Below are positions 14,881 to 24,015 of a stretch of 42,090 nucleotides of DNA, in pieces (within the stretch, counting starts at the first letter, position 1; every line of letters begins with the position of its first letter). The DNA comes from a virus (Duplodnaviria > Caudoviricetes). The position numbers and the translations under genes are program-made. The stretch is from IMG/VR virus record IMGVR_UViG_3300049437_000032, positions 1 to 42,090 of that record. One strand, given 5' to 3'. The notes below the pieces were generated by a model. It saw nothing but the letters and a program-made list of their open reading frames with translations, did no database searches and was not told the DNA's origin.

Positions 14881-15164
14881 CGCGCCAGCGCTCCCGAATT
14901 TCCGGCGGTCCCGTGCTGCTCGACTGGCGCCCCTCGGGCTCGCACTCGTTCGAGACCGCGGATGGCCGCTACTCGGTGACCATCTTCGAGCCGGTGTCGA
15001 TCAGGCCGGGCCTGTGGCGCAGTTCCGCGCACCTGCGGCCTGAGCCGGGACATCGACTCGCGATCTGCCTCGGCGACTTCAAGGGTGCGGATCGCACGGA
15101 GGCCGAGGTCAGGGCGATCGACTGCTGCCGGGCGCATGCGATCAGCGTGAGGGTGGCGGCTTGA
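14877..15164 (+). CDS. hypothetical protein
   Basis: ATGA overlap with the replication gene stop. Confidence 0.65.
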   Translation: MTRQRSRISGGPVLLDWRPSGSHSFETADGRYSVTIFEPVSIRPGLWRSSAHLRPEPGHRLAICLGDFKGADRTEAEVRAIDCCRAHAISVRVAA

Positions 15165-15406
15165 GGACGTGTTCGTACACGCGAGCGCAGATCGCTGAGG
15201 CCGTGGCACTCGTGCAGGAACGTCGCAGGGTGCGCAAGGAGATTCAGGCGGCGAGGGCGACTCTGGCTGCGCTGCGGCGCGAACTCGATGCACTGCCGGA
15301 GATCAATGCAATGGCCGCGCGATACGGCTGCACGGCGCAGCGACTGCATCAATACGCGAGTGGACGATTCATGCCGGCGCGGACGATCGAAGAGCGGGCG
15401 GGCTGA
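15161..15406 (+). CDS. hypothetical protein, possible C-terminal HTH
   Basis: TTGA overlap; INAMAARYGCTAQRLHQYASG. Confidence 0.6.
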   Translation: MRTCSYTRAQIAEAVALVQERRRVRKEIQAARATLAALRRELDALPEINAMAARYGCTAQRLHQYASGRFMPARTIEERAG

Positions 15407-15455
15407 CCGTGGCCGGCCCCCAGCGCTACAACCGGAACATGCGGGAGCTCCTGGG

Positions 15456-16046
15456 ATGGTGATGCCTGCGCTTGCCGAAGTGCCATGCCCAGGATGTGGC
15501 AAGCTGTTCAAGCCGCGGATGGGAGGTTACAGCTGCGGCAATCCGAAGCGGCAGCTCATGTGCTCGCAAGCGTGCTGGCTGACTCACCGCTATCGCCTTG
15601 GGTTCGCGCCGCATCCGAGCGTCAAGCTGCGAAAGCGACAGGTATGCACGCGATGCGGCGCGACGTTCGAGGCGCATAGAACTCGCAAATACTGTTCGCC
15701 GTCCTGTTGGCACGAGCAGCACGGCGTCGAGCTCTCGAGGCGGCTCGGCTCGATGGGTGCCGGAAGGCGGTGGAATCACCGAGACGGCAACGAAGCAGCG
15801 CTTATCACGACGGCCGAGCAGTTGGGCGCCCTGTGGTTCGAGGGGCCACCGCTCGACGGATGGGTCTATATCCCACAGTTCGGTCGCTGGATACCGGTTG
15901 AGATCAAGCAGCCGAGCAGGGAAGGGCACGCGCGGGAGTTCACCAAGCTACAGCATCGTTGTTTCGGGTGGTGCGAGCAGTACGGAGCGCCGTGGTGGGT
16001 CTGGCGCACGACCGACGACGTGCTGCGCGACCTCGGGGCCCGCTGA
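15456..16046 (+). CDS. zinc-finger plus VRR-NUC-like PD-(D/E)XK nuclease (resolvase candidate)
   Basis: CPGCGK...CSQAC and CTRCG...YCSPSC fingers, then RDGNE...PLD...VEIK...T.LQ; start uncertain. Confidence 0.7.
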   Translation: MVMPALAEVPCPGCGKLFKPRMGGYSCGNPKRQLMCSQACWLTHRYRLGFAPHPSVKLRKRQVCTRCGATFEAHRTRKYCSPSCWHEQHGVELSRRLGSMGAGRRWNHRDGNEAALITTAEQLGALWFEGPPLDGWVYIPQFGRWIPVEIKQPSREGHAREFTKLQHRCFGWCEQYGAPWWVWRTTDDVLRDLGAR

Positions 16047-16258
16047 TGGGCGGGACTATGAGCCCGTACGAGGCGGCCATGTGCGCCGGCAAGCAGCGGT
16101 TCGATCACCGCGACGTCGCCTGCAAGGTGGCACGGCGCATGTCGCGCAACCGCCATCGGAAATCGCAGGTCTACACCTGCGAGTACTGCCGCAAGTTCCA
16201 TGTGGGCGTGTTGGATTTCAACCGGTCGCAGCGTCGGCCGAAGGTGAGGGGCACTTGA
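16046..16258 (+). CDS. small zinc-binding phage protein
   Basis: CAGKQRF...YTCEYCRKFHVG. Confidence 0.7.
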   Translation: MGGTMSPYEAAMCAGKQRFDHRDVACKVARRMSRNRHRKSQVYTCEYCRKFHVGVLDFNRSQRRPKVRGT

Positions 16259-16536
16259 GCACGAAAGCAGACTTGGCGTTGGGCGCCGCTGATCGCATCC
16301 GGGAAGCCATCAACGCCGAGGTGGCGAAGCTCGGGATGCGGCAGCAGCCGTTCTCGGTCTGGAATGGCAGCGGCGGCACGAAGCTCACGACTTCGCACCG
16401 CCTGCTCGTCGATCTGGCGCTGAATCCCGCGTTGCTGCCGACGGTGATCCAGCACGTCCCGGACAGCGCGGAGTCGATCAAGAAGCCGTATCGCAAGCCG
16501 GCCAAGAGCGCGAAGGCTTCCACCGGCGCGGCGTGA
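16255..16536 (+). CDS. hypothetical protein
   Basis: TTGA/GTGA overlaps at both ends. Confidence 0.6.
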   Translation: MSTKADLALGAADRIREAINAEVAKLGMRQQPFSVWNGSGGTKLTTSHRLLVDLALNPALLPTVIQHVPDSAESIKKPYRKPAKSAKASTGAA

Positions 16537-17147
16537 CCAAGGCGCTCGCGAAGCCGGCCGATGAGTTGCGGGAGGTACTCAAGGGACTCACGGCGCGTCA
16601 GCGTGAGGTAATCGAGCAGCTCCCTCTGTTCCGGGGCCAGCTCTACACCTGCGCCGAGGCGCTCGGCATCTCCAGTCGCACGGTGTGGCGATGGACGCGC
16701 GAGCCGCGATTTCGTGCGGCGCGTGCGCTGCTCGATGAGATCGCCTTGGATGCCATTGGCGTCAACACCGCGCAGGTACTCGGCGAGGTCGCGCGCATCG
16801 CCCTGGCCGACGTGCGCAAGTTGTTCAGGGCTGACGGCTCGCTTCTCCCGCCGACTGAATGGGACGACGCGAACGCAGCGGCCATTGCGGGATTCGACGT
16901 CGAGGATATCTACGAGGGTTCCGGCAAGGACCGCACATACGTCGGCACGATGCGCAAGGTGAAGCGTACCGACCGACTGAAGGCGCTCGAACTGCTCGGC
17001 AGGCACAAGCGCCTGTGGGGCGAAGACAAGCCGTTGCCGGCGGCGCCGGAAGGTCCGGGGCTCACGGTCATCGTGGAGCAGCGCGTCGTCGGCGCGGGTG
17101 GCGTGGTCGCGCAGCAAGTGGTCGTCAATCTTCAGCCGCCGGAGTAG
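16533..17147 (+). CDS. terS: terminase small subunit
   Basis: N-terminal HTH; VLGEVARIALADVRKLF..DGSL.P..EW; DRLKALELLGRH. Confidence 0.85.
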   Translation: MTKALAKPADELREVLKGLTARQREVIEQLPLFRGQLYTCAEALGISSRTVWRWTREPRFRAARALLDEIALDAIGVNTAQVLGEVARIALADVRKLFRADGSLLPPTEWDDANAAAIAGFDVEDIYEGSGKDRTYVGTMRKVKRTDRLKALELLGRHKRLWGEDKPLPAAPEGPGLTVIVEQRVVGAGGVVAQQVVVNLQPPE

Positions 17148-17183
17148 CGAGGTGCCCATGGCTCAACACTAGGAGATTCTCTG

Positions 17184-17546
17184 ATGTCGACCGATACCGA
17201 AATCGAAAAGACCATCGAAGAGCGCGGGCTCACGGCTCCGCGCGTCTCGCCCGCCGACGTTCAGGCGGCGATCGCCAACGAGTACTTCTTCACGGCAGCG
17301 GACGGATTCCGCGCTTGCGAGGCACACCGCGGCGTGTTCGAGCCGCCGTCGATCCCGCAGTCCATGTCGTTGCTCACCATCTGCGTGCTGGTGCTGCGCA
17401 ACGGCTTCACGGTCGTTGGCACGTCGGCGTGCGCGAGCCCGGAGAACTTCGACGCCGAGATCGGCTGCAAGGTTGCCCGGACCAAAGCCGTCGAGCAGAT
17501 CTGGCCGCTGCTCGGATACAGCCTGCGCGACAGGCTGAACGGCTAG
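17184..17546 (+). CDS. Gp49/Gp66-like phage protein
   Basis: TAPRVSP...LTICVLVLRNGFTVVGTSACASPENFDAEIG...IWPLLGY.L. Confidence 0.88.
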   Translation: MSTDTEIEKTIEERGLTAPRVSPADVQAAIANEYFFTAADGFRACEAHRGVFEPPSIPQSMSLLTICVLVLRNGFTVVGTSACASPENFDAEIGCKVARTKAVEQIWPLLGYSLRDRLNG

Positions 17547-17557
17547 GCTGCGAGCAG

Positions 17558-19003
17558 TTGGACGTCGCGCCCCTCGGTCCCGTCGCTGGGGCCTACTACC
17601 TCGATAACAGCCGCATCGCGGTGATCGAGGGGCCCGTCGGCTCAGGAAAGTCGACGGCGAGCTGCCTGCGCCTCCAGCGTCACGCGTACCAGCAGATGCC
17701 GGGCAGCGACGGCATCGGCCGCACGCGTTGGGCCATCGTACGCAACACCAAGCCGCAGCTGAAAGACACGACGATCGAGACGTGGCTCCAGGTGTTCCCG
17801 GAGGCGAAGTACGGCCGCTTTTTCCACGGTGACGATCTGCACCAGGTGTGGAAGTTCCGGCCCAAGGGCCACGCCTGGCCGATCGAGGCCGAGTTCCTGT
17901 TCCGTGCGCTTGACGACGAGCAGGACGTCGCGAACCTGCTCTCGCTCGAGGTGACGGGATTCTGGTTCAACGAGGTGCGCGAGATCGTGCACGAGATCCT
18001 GGCGCACGCCGGCCGCCGGCTGCGCTACCTGAATGGAGATCGTCCGAGCACTTGGTCGGGCTGGATCGGCGACACGAACCCGTGGGACACGGAGCACCAC
18101 CTGGAAACGATGCTGGCAGAGCCGCTGAAGCCGGGCTATGCGCACTTCCGGCAGCCGGGCGGCATGGACGCCGAGGCGGAGAACCTCGACAACCTCGACC
18201 AGACGCCCGAAACGATCGCGCTGCCCCGCGGCGATCCGCGCCGCCGTGCGCAGGGGCGTACGTACTACGTCAAGGCGCTGGAAGACTACAAGCCGGAGGA
18301 TGCCCGCGTGTACGTGCACGCGCAGCGCGGTCTGACTCGCAGCGGCAAGCCGATCTACAGTGAGTACAACGACCTCGTGCACTGCCGCCGGTTTGAGCTG
18401 GATCGGCGGCTATCGATCGACCTCGGATTCGATTTCGGGCGGACGCCTGCCTGCACCATTGGGCAGAAGGATGCGCGAGGCCGCACACGCATTCGCTACG
18501 AGCTGTGGGCCGACAACATGGGCATCAAGCCGTTCGGCGAGCTCGTGCTGAAGTTCCTGAACGAGAAGCTGCCGGGCTTCGAGATCGGCACGGTGACCGG
18601 AGATCCGGCGGGCGAGGCGACCGACCACAGCGACAACACGGCGTTCAAGCTGCTAGCCGCTGCCGGTATCCATGCGCGGCCCGCGAAGACCAACGAGCTG
18701 TCTGTGCGCATCGAGGCCGTGCAGGACGGGCTCCGGCGCCTGATCGACGGCGAGCCCGCATTGCAGATCCATCCCGATTGCGTGCGCCTGCGCCGCGCGT
18801 GCCTGGACGGCTACCACTATCGCAAGCTCCAGGTGGCGGGCAATCGCTACGACGATCGGCCGAACAAGAACGAGTTCAGCCACATCGCCGAGGCGCTGCA
18901 ATACGAGCTGCTCGGCACCGGTGAAGGTCGGCGCGTCGTGCGCTCGAAGGGCGCACGCACGGGCCCTCTCCAGGTGATTGGCGAGGATTCGGTCCTGGGC
19001 TGA
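17558..19003 (+). CDS. terL: terminase large subunit
   Basis: Walker A GPVGSGKS, VRNT..QLKDTT, Walker B FWFNEVRE, DTNP, nuclease GFDFGRTP and SHIAEALQY; TTG start inferred. Confidence 0.92.
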   Translation: MDVAPLGPVAGAYYLDNSRIAVIEGPVGSGKSTASCLRLQRHAYQQMPGSDGIGRTRWAIVRNTKPQLKDTTIETWLQVFPEAKYGRFFHGDDLHQVWKFRPKGHAWPIEAEFLFRALDDEQDVANLLSLEVTGFWFNEVREIVHEILAHAGRRLRYLNGDRPSTWSGWIGDTNPWDTEHHLETMLAEPLKPGYAHFRQPGGMDAEAENLDNLDQTPETIALPRGDPRRRAQGRTYYVKALEDYKPEDARVYVHAQRGLTRSGKPIYSEYNDLVHCRRFELDRRLSIDLGFDFGRTPACTIGQKDARGRTRIRYELWADNMGIKPFGELVLKFLNEKLPGFEIGTVTGDPAGEATDHSDNTAFKLLAAAGIHARPAKTNELSVRIEAVQDGLRRLIDGEPALQIHPDCVRLRRACLDGYHYRKLQVAGNRYDDRPNKNEFSHIAEALQYELLGTGEGRRVVRSKGARTGPLQVIGEDSVLG

Positions 19004-19032
19004 CTTGCTTGAAGTTCGCGGCGATCCATCCT
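19004..19032 (+). promoter_or_regulatory. late-promoter-like motif, copy 1
   Basis: CTTGCTTGAAGTTCGC...CATCCT; related copies at 22394 and 37899. Confidence 0.65.
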
Positions 19033-19039
19033 GTTCGCC

Positions 19040-19249
19040 ATGACTGCCCTTTTCAAAACGCCGAAAGCGCCCAAGCAAGTCATCGAGCAGACACCAGCGA
19101 CGCCAACCATCGACGACGCGCAGCGCGCGAAGAACGAGACAGAGCGCCTGCGCCGCCGCCGCGGTACGGCCGGCAACATCTTTGCCGGCGGCCTGGGCCT
19201 CACGACCGGCGCAGGCTCCGCTCCGGGCAAGACGCTCACCGGGCAATGA
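19040..19249 (+). CDS. small virion-assembly protein preceding portal
   Basis: MTALFKTPKAP...RRRRG...GKTLTGQ pattern and position typical of BPP-1-like podophages. Confidence 0.75.
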   Translation: MTALFKTPKAPKQVIEQTPATPTIDDAQRAKNETERLRRRRGTAGNIFAGGLGLTTGAGSAPGKTLTGQ

Positions 19250-20910
19250 CCGACCAGCGCGCGCGACCAGACCTCGACCTGTTCAGTTCGCTGCGCGCAG
19301 AGCGCGCGACGCTGACGGGCCACTATCAGGAGCTTGCGCGCTTCATCTGGCCCGACCATGCCGTGTTCAATCGGCCCGTCGGCGCGCAGCAGGAAGGCGA
19401 GAAGCGGGCGCAGGAGGTCGTAGACCCCACGGCGCCGATTGCCGCGGACCGCTGTGCCTCGGCGCTCATGTCGATGACCGCGCCGACGCACAAGCAGTAC
19501 CAGAAGCTCGACATCGACGATGAGGAACTGCGCGAGCTCCCCGAGGTCAAGGCGTGGCTCGAATTCGCCACCGACACGCTGTTCCGCCATCGCTATGCGC
19601 CGCTGTCTGGCTTCGCCGCGCAGTACCACGAGGGCTGCAAGAGCGCCGTGGTGTTCGGGCCCATGGTCACGTTCGTCGAGGACGGGCTGCACGAGGGGCC
19701 GCGCTACGTCGGTCTCTCGCTCTCGAACACGTATTTCACGTCCGACGCCCAGGGCCGCGTGAATGGCCTGGTGCGCGAGGAATCCTTCAACGCCTCGCAG
19801 CTCGCCGACAAGTTCGGCGTCGACGCGCTCCCGCAGAAGGTCCGAGCCGCGCTGAGCTCGCCGAGCCAGGGCGTGCGGCTTCAGCCGTGGACGGTCGTGC
19901 ACGTCGTGCAGTCGCAGGAGAAGCAGGCCGCCACGGGCTTCACGTACGTCAGCCGCTACAGCATGGCCGAGGGATATACCGTACTCGAGGAGCGCGGCTA
20001 TCGCGTGAAGCCGTTCGCGGTCGCGCGCTACTCGACCATGCCGAGCGAGAAGTACGGCCGCTCGATCGCCATGCTGCTGCTCCCGGCGATCAAGGGCCTG
20101 AACCGTGCGGTCGCCGACTACATCAGCGGCGTGCACCGCCAGGTGGATCCGCCGTTGCTCGCATTCGACGACGACGGCGCGATGACTGCTGTCGTCAATC
20201 GTCCTGGCCGCGTGACCTCCGGCGGTCTGGACAGTGAGGGCCGGCACTTGGTCGCGCCGCTTTCGCAGCCCGGAAACCTCGGATGGGCGGATTCGCACAT
20301 CGAGCGCCAGGAGCGCCAGATCAACGACGGGTTCATGACGACCCTGTTCCAGATCCTGACCTCCGAGCCGAGCTCGCGCCAGCAGACGGCCTACGAGGTG
20401 AGTGTCCGCGAGGTCGAGAAGGCCGCGCTGCTCTCGCCGGCGACGGACAAGATCAACGACGAGTATTTCGGCGCGCTCGTGCCGCGCGAGCTCGACATCC
20501 TCACGGCCATGGGGCGCATCCCGCCGATGCCCGAGGTGCTGCGAGGCCGTGAGCACGAGATCAAGGTCACGCACACGGGCGAGTTGTCGCTCGCGCAGCA
20601 GGCCGACGAGCTGCTCGGCATCCAGCGCACGCTCGAAGTCGCGCCGCTGTTCCAGGCACAGGACCAGACAGCGACGCGCCGGATCAAGTGGGACGCAGCG
20701 CTCAAGCGGTTCGCCGAGGGCAGCGGCATGGCTGCGAACCTGCTGCGCACCGACGAGGAGTTTCAGGAGCTCGCACAGGCCGATGAGCAGGCGCAGGCCG
20801 CCGCGCAGGCCGCCGAACTCGCGCCTGGCGCGGGCACCGCTGCCAAGAGTTTCGCCGAGGCCGAGCAGATCCGCCAAGGCCAGGCTGCCGCCCTGGGCGG
20901 CTTAGTGTGA
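19246..20910 (+). CDS. portal (head-to-tail connector) protein, podovirus type
   Basis: ATGA-coupled; EKYGRSIAM..LP.IK.LN, VDPPL, TAYEV..R..EK...LSP. Confidence 0.92.
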   Translation: MTDQRARPDLDLFSSLRAERATLTGHYQELARFIWPDHAVFNRPVGAQQEGEKRAQEVVDPTAPIAADRCASALMSMTAPTHKQYQKLDIDDEELRELPEVKAWLEFATDTLFRHRYAPLSGFAAQYHEGCKSAVVFGPMVTFVEDGLHEGPRYVGLSLSNTYFTSDAQGRVNGLVREESFNASQLADKFGVDALPQKVRAALSSPSQGVRLQPWTVVHVVQSQEKQAATGFTYVSRYSMAEGYTVLEERGYRVKPFAVARYSTMPSEKYGRSIAMLLLPAIKGLNRAVADYISGVHRQVDPPLLAFDDDGAMTAVVNRPGRVTSGGLDSEGRHLVAPLSQPGNLGWADSHIERQERQINDGFMTTLFQILTSEPSSRQQTAYEVSVREVEKAALLSPATDKINDEYFGALVPRELDILTAMGRIPPMPEVLRGREHEIKVTHTGELSLAQQADELLGIQRTLEVAPLFQAQDQTATRRIKWDAALKRFAEGSGMAANLLRTDEEFQELAQADEQAQAAAQAAELAPGAGTAAKSFAEAEQIRQGQAAALGGLV

Positions 20911-20920
20911 GGACGACGCC

Positions 20921-21211
20921 ATGGGCATGATGACTCTCCCCCGCGCGCTGACCGACATCATGGCGGCGCCTTTTGGTTGCGGCCAAGCGAGCGTGTCGCC
21001 TGGCGCGAACGGAAACGCAGTGATTCCGCACCTTCTCGGCCGCATCCCCTCGTGGGCTGACGCGAAGATCCTGGGTGATATGGGCGGCGTCGACCTCCAT
21101 GTCGAGATCCAGGGGCTCGACGCCACGAACATCACGCTGCGCTTCAGCAACGCGGCGGGCACCGATGTCACGACCGGCGGCCCGTACACGGTGATGTGGC
21201 TGGCGAAGTGA
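20921..21211 (+). CDS. hypothetical beta-rich structural protein
   Basis: GAGG RBS; located in the head operon. Confidence 0.7.
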   Translation: MGMMTLPRALTDIMAAPFGCGQASVSPGANGNAVIPHLLGRIPSWADAKILGDMGGVDLHVEIQGLDATNITLRFSNAAGTDVTTGGPYTVMWLAK

Positions 21212-21525
21212 GCGCGGACGATCGCAACGCCGAACTCGAGCGCCTCGCCGCCGAGCGCCGCGAACTCATCGCGGTTGCCTTCCGCCGCGTGTTCGGCACC
21301 GAGGGCCGCAGGTCCACCGAGCAGGAGGTCGTGATGACTTGGCTTGCCGGCTTCTGCCGCAAGCGGGAAACCACATGGGTGCGTGCGCGCCCCGACGCGT
21401 CGGCCCATCTGGAAGGCCGGCGCGAAGTGCTCATAGAGATCGAGCGGCGCATCAGCCCCACGCCGCGGACGATGAACGACGTACTGGGGCTCACCAAGAC
21501 TGAGGACAACCATGGACCCGAATAA
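21208..21525 (+). CDS. Bbp19-like head-module protein
   Basis: FRRVFGT.....V...LA.FC......AHLEGRREV...I. Confidence 0.75.
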   Translation: MSADDRNAELERLAAERRELIAVAFRRVFGTEGRRSTEQEVVMTWLAGFCRKRETTWVRARPDASAHLEGRREVLIEIERRISPTPRTMNDVLGLTKTEDNHGPE

Positions 21526-22390
21526 CGGACAAGGCGGCAACCCCGCCCCCGGCGCTGGCGGTGCGAACCTGACGCCCTGGCACGGAAACGACTTCGCTCA
21601 GCTCGTGACGGCGAAGGGCTGGAAGGGCCCCGACGATGCGCTCAAGAGCTACAGCGAGCTGGAGACGTTCGTCGGAGCGCCGGCGGATCGCGTTCTGAAG
21701 CTCCCCGAGGCGAACAAGATCGACGACGCGTTCCGGCAGGACGTGTTCAAGCGCATCGGCTACACGCCTCCTACGATCCCCGGTGCGCCGGAGAAGGCTG
21801 AGGACTACGGCCTCCAGGTACGCGCCGGTGTGCCGCCGGAGTACGGCTCGGCGATCACGCAGGCGGCGCACAAGCTCGGCATCACGAAGGAGCAGCTCGC
21901 CGGCCTGGTGCAGGCGAACGATGCCTTCATCGACCAGCACAGCAAGGCGGCGAAGGATGCCGAAGACAAGCTGGTGGGTGATCGCATCACCGCGGCCGAC
22001 TCAGGCCTGAAGCCTGAAGAGCGCGAGCTGCTCACGCGCGCGGCGGCCGATGCGGGCTATGACGCCGACAGTCTGAAAGTCACTGAGGAGCAGCTCGCGC
22101 TCGTCGACGACAAGGCGCTCGGCCTCTTCCGCAAGACGCTGCTCGACAATGCACGGCTTCGCATCGAGGCGCCGCTGCACCGCGGATCGACGGAGCGCAT
22201 GGGCATCCTCACGCCCGAGCAGGCGAAGGGGAAGCTCGCCGAGCTCAGCAAGAATCCCGACTGGGCTGCGAAGGCGCTTCAGCGCGGAACGGCCGAGGCG
22301 GAGGAGAACCTGCGTCTCAATCGCATGATCGCCGGCTCGAAGGTCGACGAGAACGAGATTCAGCGCGAAGCCAAGGGCAATCGCGGCTGA
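21512..22390 (+). CDS. capsid scaffolding protein (putative)
   Basis: KGWK....LKSYSELE, PEKAEDY; helical; precedes the capsid gene. Confidence 0.75.
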   Translation: MDPNNGQGGNPAPGAGGANLTPWHGNDFAQLVTAKGWKGPDDALKSYSELETFVGAPADRVLKLPEANKIDDAFRQDVFKRIGYTPPTIPGAPEKAEDYGLQVRAGVPPEYGSAITQAAHKLGITKEQLAGLVQANDAFIDQHSKAAKDAEDKLVGDRITAADSGLKPEERELLTRAAADAGYDADSLKVTEEQLALVDDKALGLFRKTLLDNARLRIEAPLHRGSTERMGILTPEQAKGKLAELSKNPDWAAKALQRGTAEAEENLRLNRMIAGSKVDENEIQREAKGNRG

Positions 22391-22393
22391 GTG

Positions 22394-22422
22394 CTTGCTT
22401 GAAGTTCGCCGCCTGATATTCC
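22394..22422 (+). promoter_or_regulatory. late-promoter-like motif, copy 2
   Basis: CTTGCTTGAAGTTCGC...TATTCC upstream of the capsid leader. Confidence 0.65.
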
Positions 22423-22429
22423 TATCAGC

Positions 22430-22575
22430 GAGCGATTCGAGACCCCCTGAAATTTCCCCGCCGGCAACGGCGGGGTTCTTCGGGGACCGGGAAACCGAAA
22501 GGCCCGGTGAGTTCGATGAGCGACCAGGCCCCGCCTACCGCGGACAAGCCATGCAGATCCGAAGCATGTCTTTAA
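22430..22575 (+). ncRNA. structured 5' leader of the major capsid gene (candidate cis-regulatory RNA)
   Basis: CCCCGCCG-GCAA-CGGCGGGG, ACCGGG..CC-GAAA-GG-CCCGGT and further stems. Confidence 0.4.
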
Positions 22576-22590
22576 CCCCGGAGCGGAGCC

Positions 22591-23487
22591 ATGTCGAACG
22601 TCATCGAAACCCACCACATCGTCACCTTCAACAACAACGTCCAGTTGCTCTCGCAGCAGCGCAAGAGCCGCCTGGAACCGTTCGTCACCGTCCAGCCGTG
22701 CGTCGGCGTGGGCGCCGCGATTGCCGACCAGTACGGCAGCGTGAAGGCGAAGGAGAAGACCGAGCGCCACGAGGATACGAAGTACAGCGACACTCCGCGG
22801 ACCCGCCGCTGGTTGCTGCCCCGCGAGTTCTACACCGCGGAGCTTTACGACAAGAGCGACCTCGTGCGCATGCTCACCGATCCGCAGAGCCCGCTCGTGC
22901 AGGTGCACGTCGCAGCCATGGAGCGTGCGAAGGACTCCGTGATCCTGGGCGCGTTCTTCGCCGCAGCGGCCACGGGCGAGAAGGTCGACAGCGGCACGAC
23001 CGCGTACGACACCGGCAACGACATCGCCGCGGACATCGATCTCTCCGGCACGCCTTCTGGCCTCACGCCCTTCAAGCTCGTGAAGTCGAAGGGTCGGCTC
23101 ATGCGCAACAAAGTCGACGTCGACGCCGAGGCGCCGACGATGGCGATCAACACGAAGGCGTGGGAAGACATGTTCGGCAACGCGGTCTTCACCTCGGGTG
23201 ACTACAACCCGAACAAGCCGATGGCCGCCGCGCCGACGGCGCTGAACTACGGCGGCACGAACCTCGTGCAGATCGAGCACGACGACTTCCCCGTCAATGC
23301 CACGACCGAGTGGTACCTGCCCGCGTGGGTGAAGAGCGGCATGGTGCTCGGTGTGTGGAGCGAGCGCGAGGTCTCCGTCGAGAAGGTGCAGGGCAAGATC
23401 TCCTCGTGGGAGGTCAAGATCATCGAGCGCTTCGCCGCCACGCGCGTCGAGGAAGCGAAGGTCGTGCGCCAGAAGATCAAGTACTGA
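22591..23487 (+). CDS. major capsid protein
   Basis: F..NVQLLSQQRKSRL, TPRTRRW, AMERAKD.VI, ATRVEEAKVV; GGAG RBS. Confidence 0.9.
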   Translation: MSNVIETHHIVTFNNNVQLLSQQRKSRLEPFVTVQPCVGVGAAIADQYGSVKAKEKTERHEDTKYSDTPRTRRWLLPREFYTAELYDKSDLVRMLTDPQSPLVQVHVAAMERAKDSVILGAFFAAAATGEKVDSGTTAYDTGNDIAADIDLSGTPSGLTPFKLVKSKGRLMRNKVDVDAEAPTMAINTKAWEDMFGNAVFTSGDYNPNKPMAAAPTALNYGGTNLVQIEHDDFPVNATTEWYLPAWVKSGMVLGVWSEREVSVEKVQGKISSWEVKIIERFAATRVEEAKVVRQKIKY

Positions 23488-23559
23488 GCAGGCTAGCCCG
23501 GGCAGCGATGCCCGGGCGCCTCCCAGCATCACAAGCATTCGTTCAGGAGATTCGCAGAA

Positions 23560-23964
23560 ATGGCAGTTACTTACCCCAACGAGCAGGGCGGCCTCGCCAC
23601 CCCGCTCCGTCTGATCGACCAGGGCGCGAAGCAGGAAATTATCGTCGTTCGGCGCACGTTCAACCTGACGGCGCAGACGACGAGCGACACGCTGGCGATG
23701 CGTCTGCCCGCCGGCCTGCGACCGATCGCGCTGCGCCTGGATCCGTCCGTCACCCTGGGTTCCAGCACGCTCTCCTTCGGCCCCTCCGGCACGCTGGCGA
23801 AGTACCGCGCCGCGGCGACGCTGACGGCGCCCTCGCTGTCCGCGCTTCCGCTCGCTGCGTCGGCGAAGCTCGCAACGCCCGAGGACATCATCGGCACGAT
23901 CGCGGCGGCCACGTTGCCGGGCTCCGGCACGCTCGTCGTCGAGTTCTGGTGCACGAAGGACTGA
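23560..23964 (+). CDS. capsid cement/decoration protein (putative)
   Basis: 134-aa beta-rich protein directly after the capsid gene; AGGAG RBS. Confidence 0.7.
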   Translation: MAVTYPNEQGGLATPLRLIDQGAKQEIIVVRRTFNLTAQTTSDTLAMRLPAGLRPIALRLDPSVTLGSSTLSFGPSGTLAKYRAAATLTAPSLSALPLAASAKLATPEDIIGTIAAATLPGSGTLVVEFWCTKD

Positions 23965-23973
23965 AGTCCATCC

Positions 23974-23998
23974 GGCGGCTCCTTCGGGAGCCGCCTTT
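23974..23998 (+). terminator. intrinsic terminator (short U tract)
   Basis: GGCGGCTCC-TTCG-GGAGCCGCC followed by TTT. Confidence 0.75.
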
Positions 23999-24015
23999 CG
24001 CGCGCGAGGTCGCAT

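Noticed and set aside
16859-17557. 714-aa terminase with long N-terminal extension
   Set aside because: It overlaps terS and the Gp49-like gene in another frame; terminase motifs begin only after 17558
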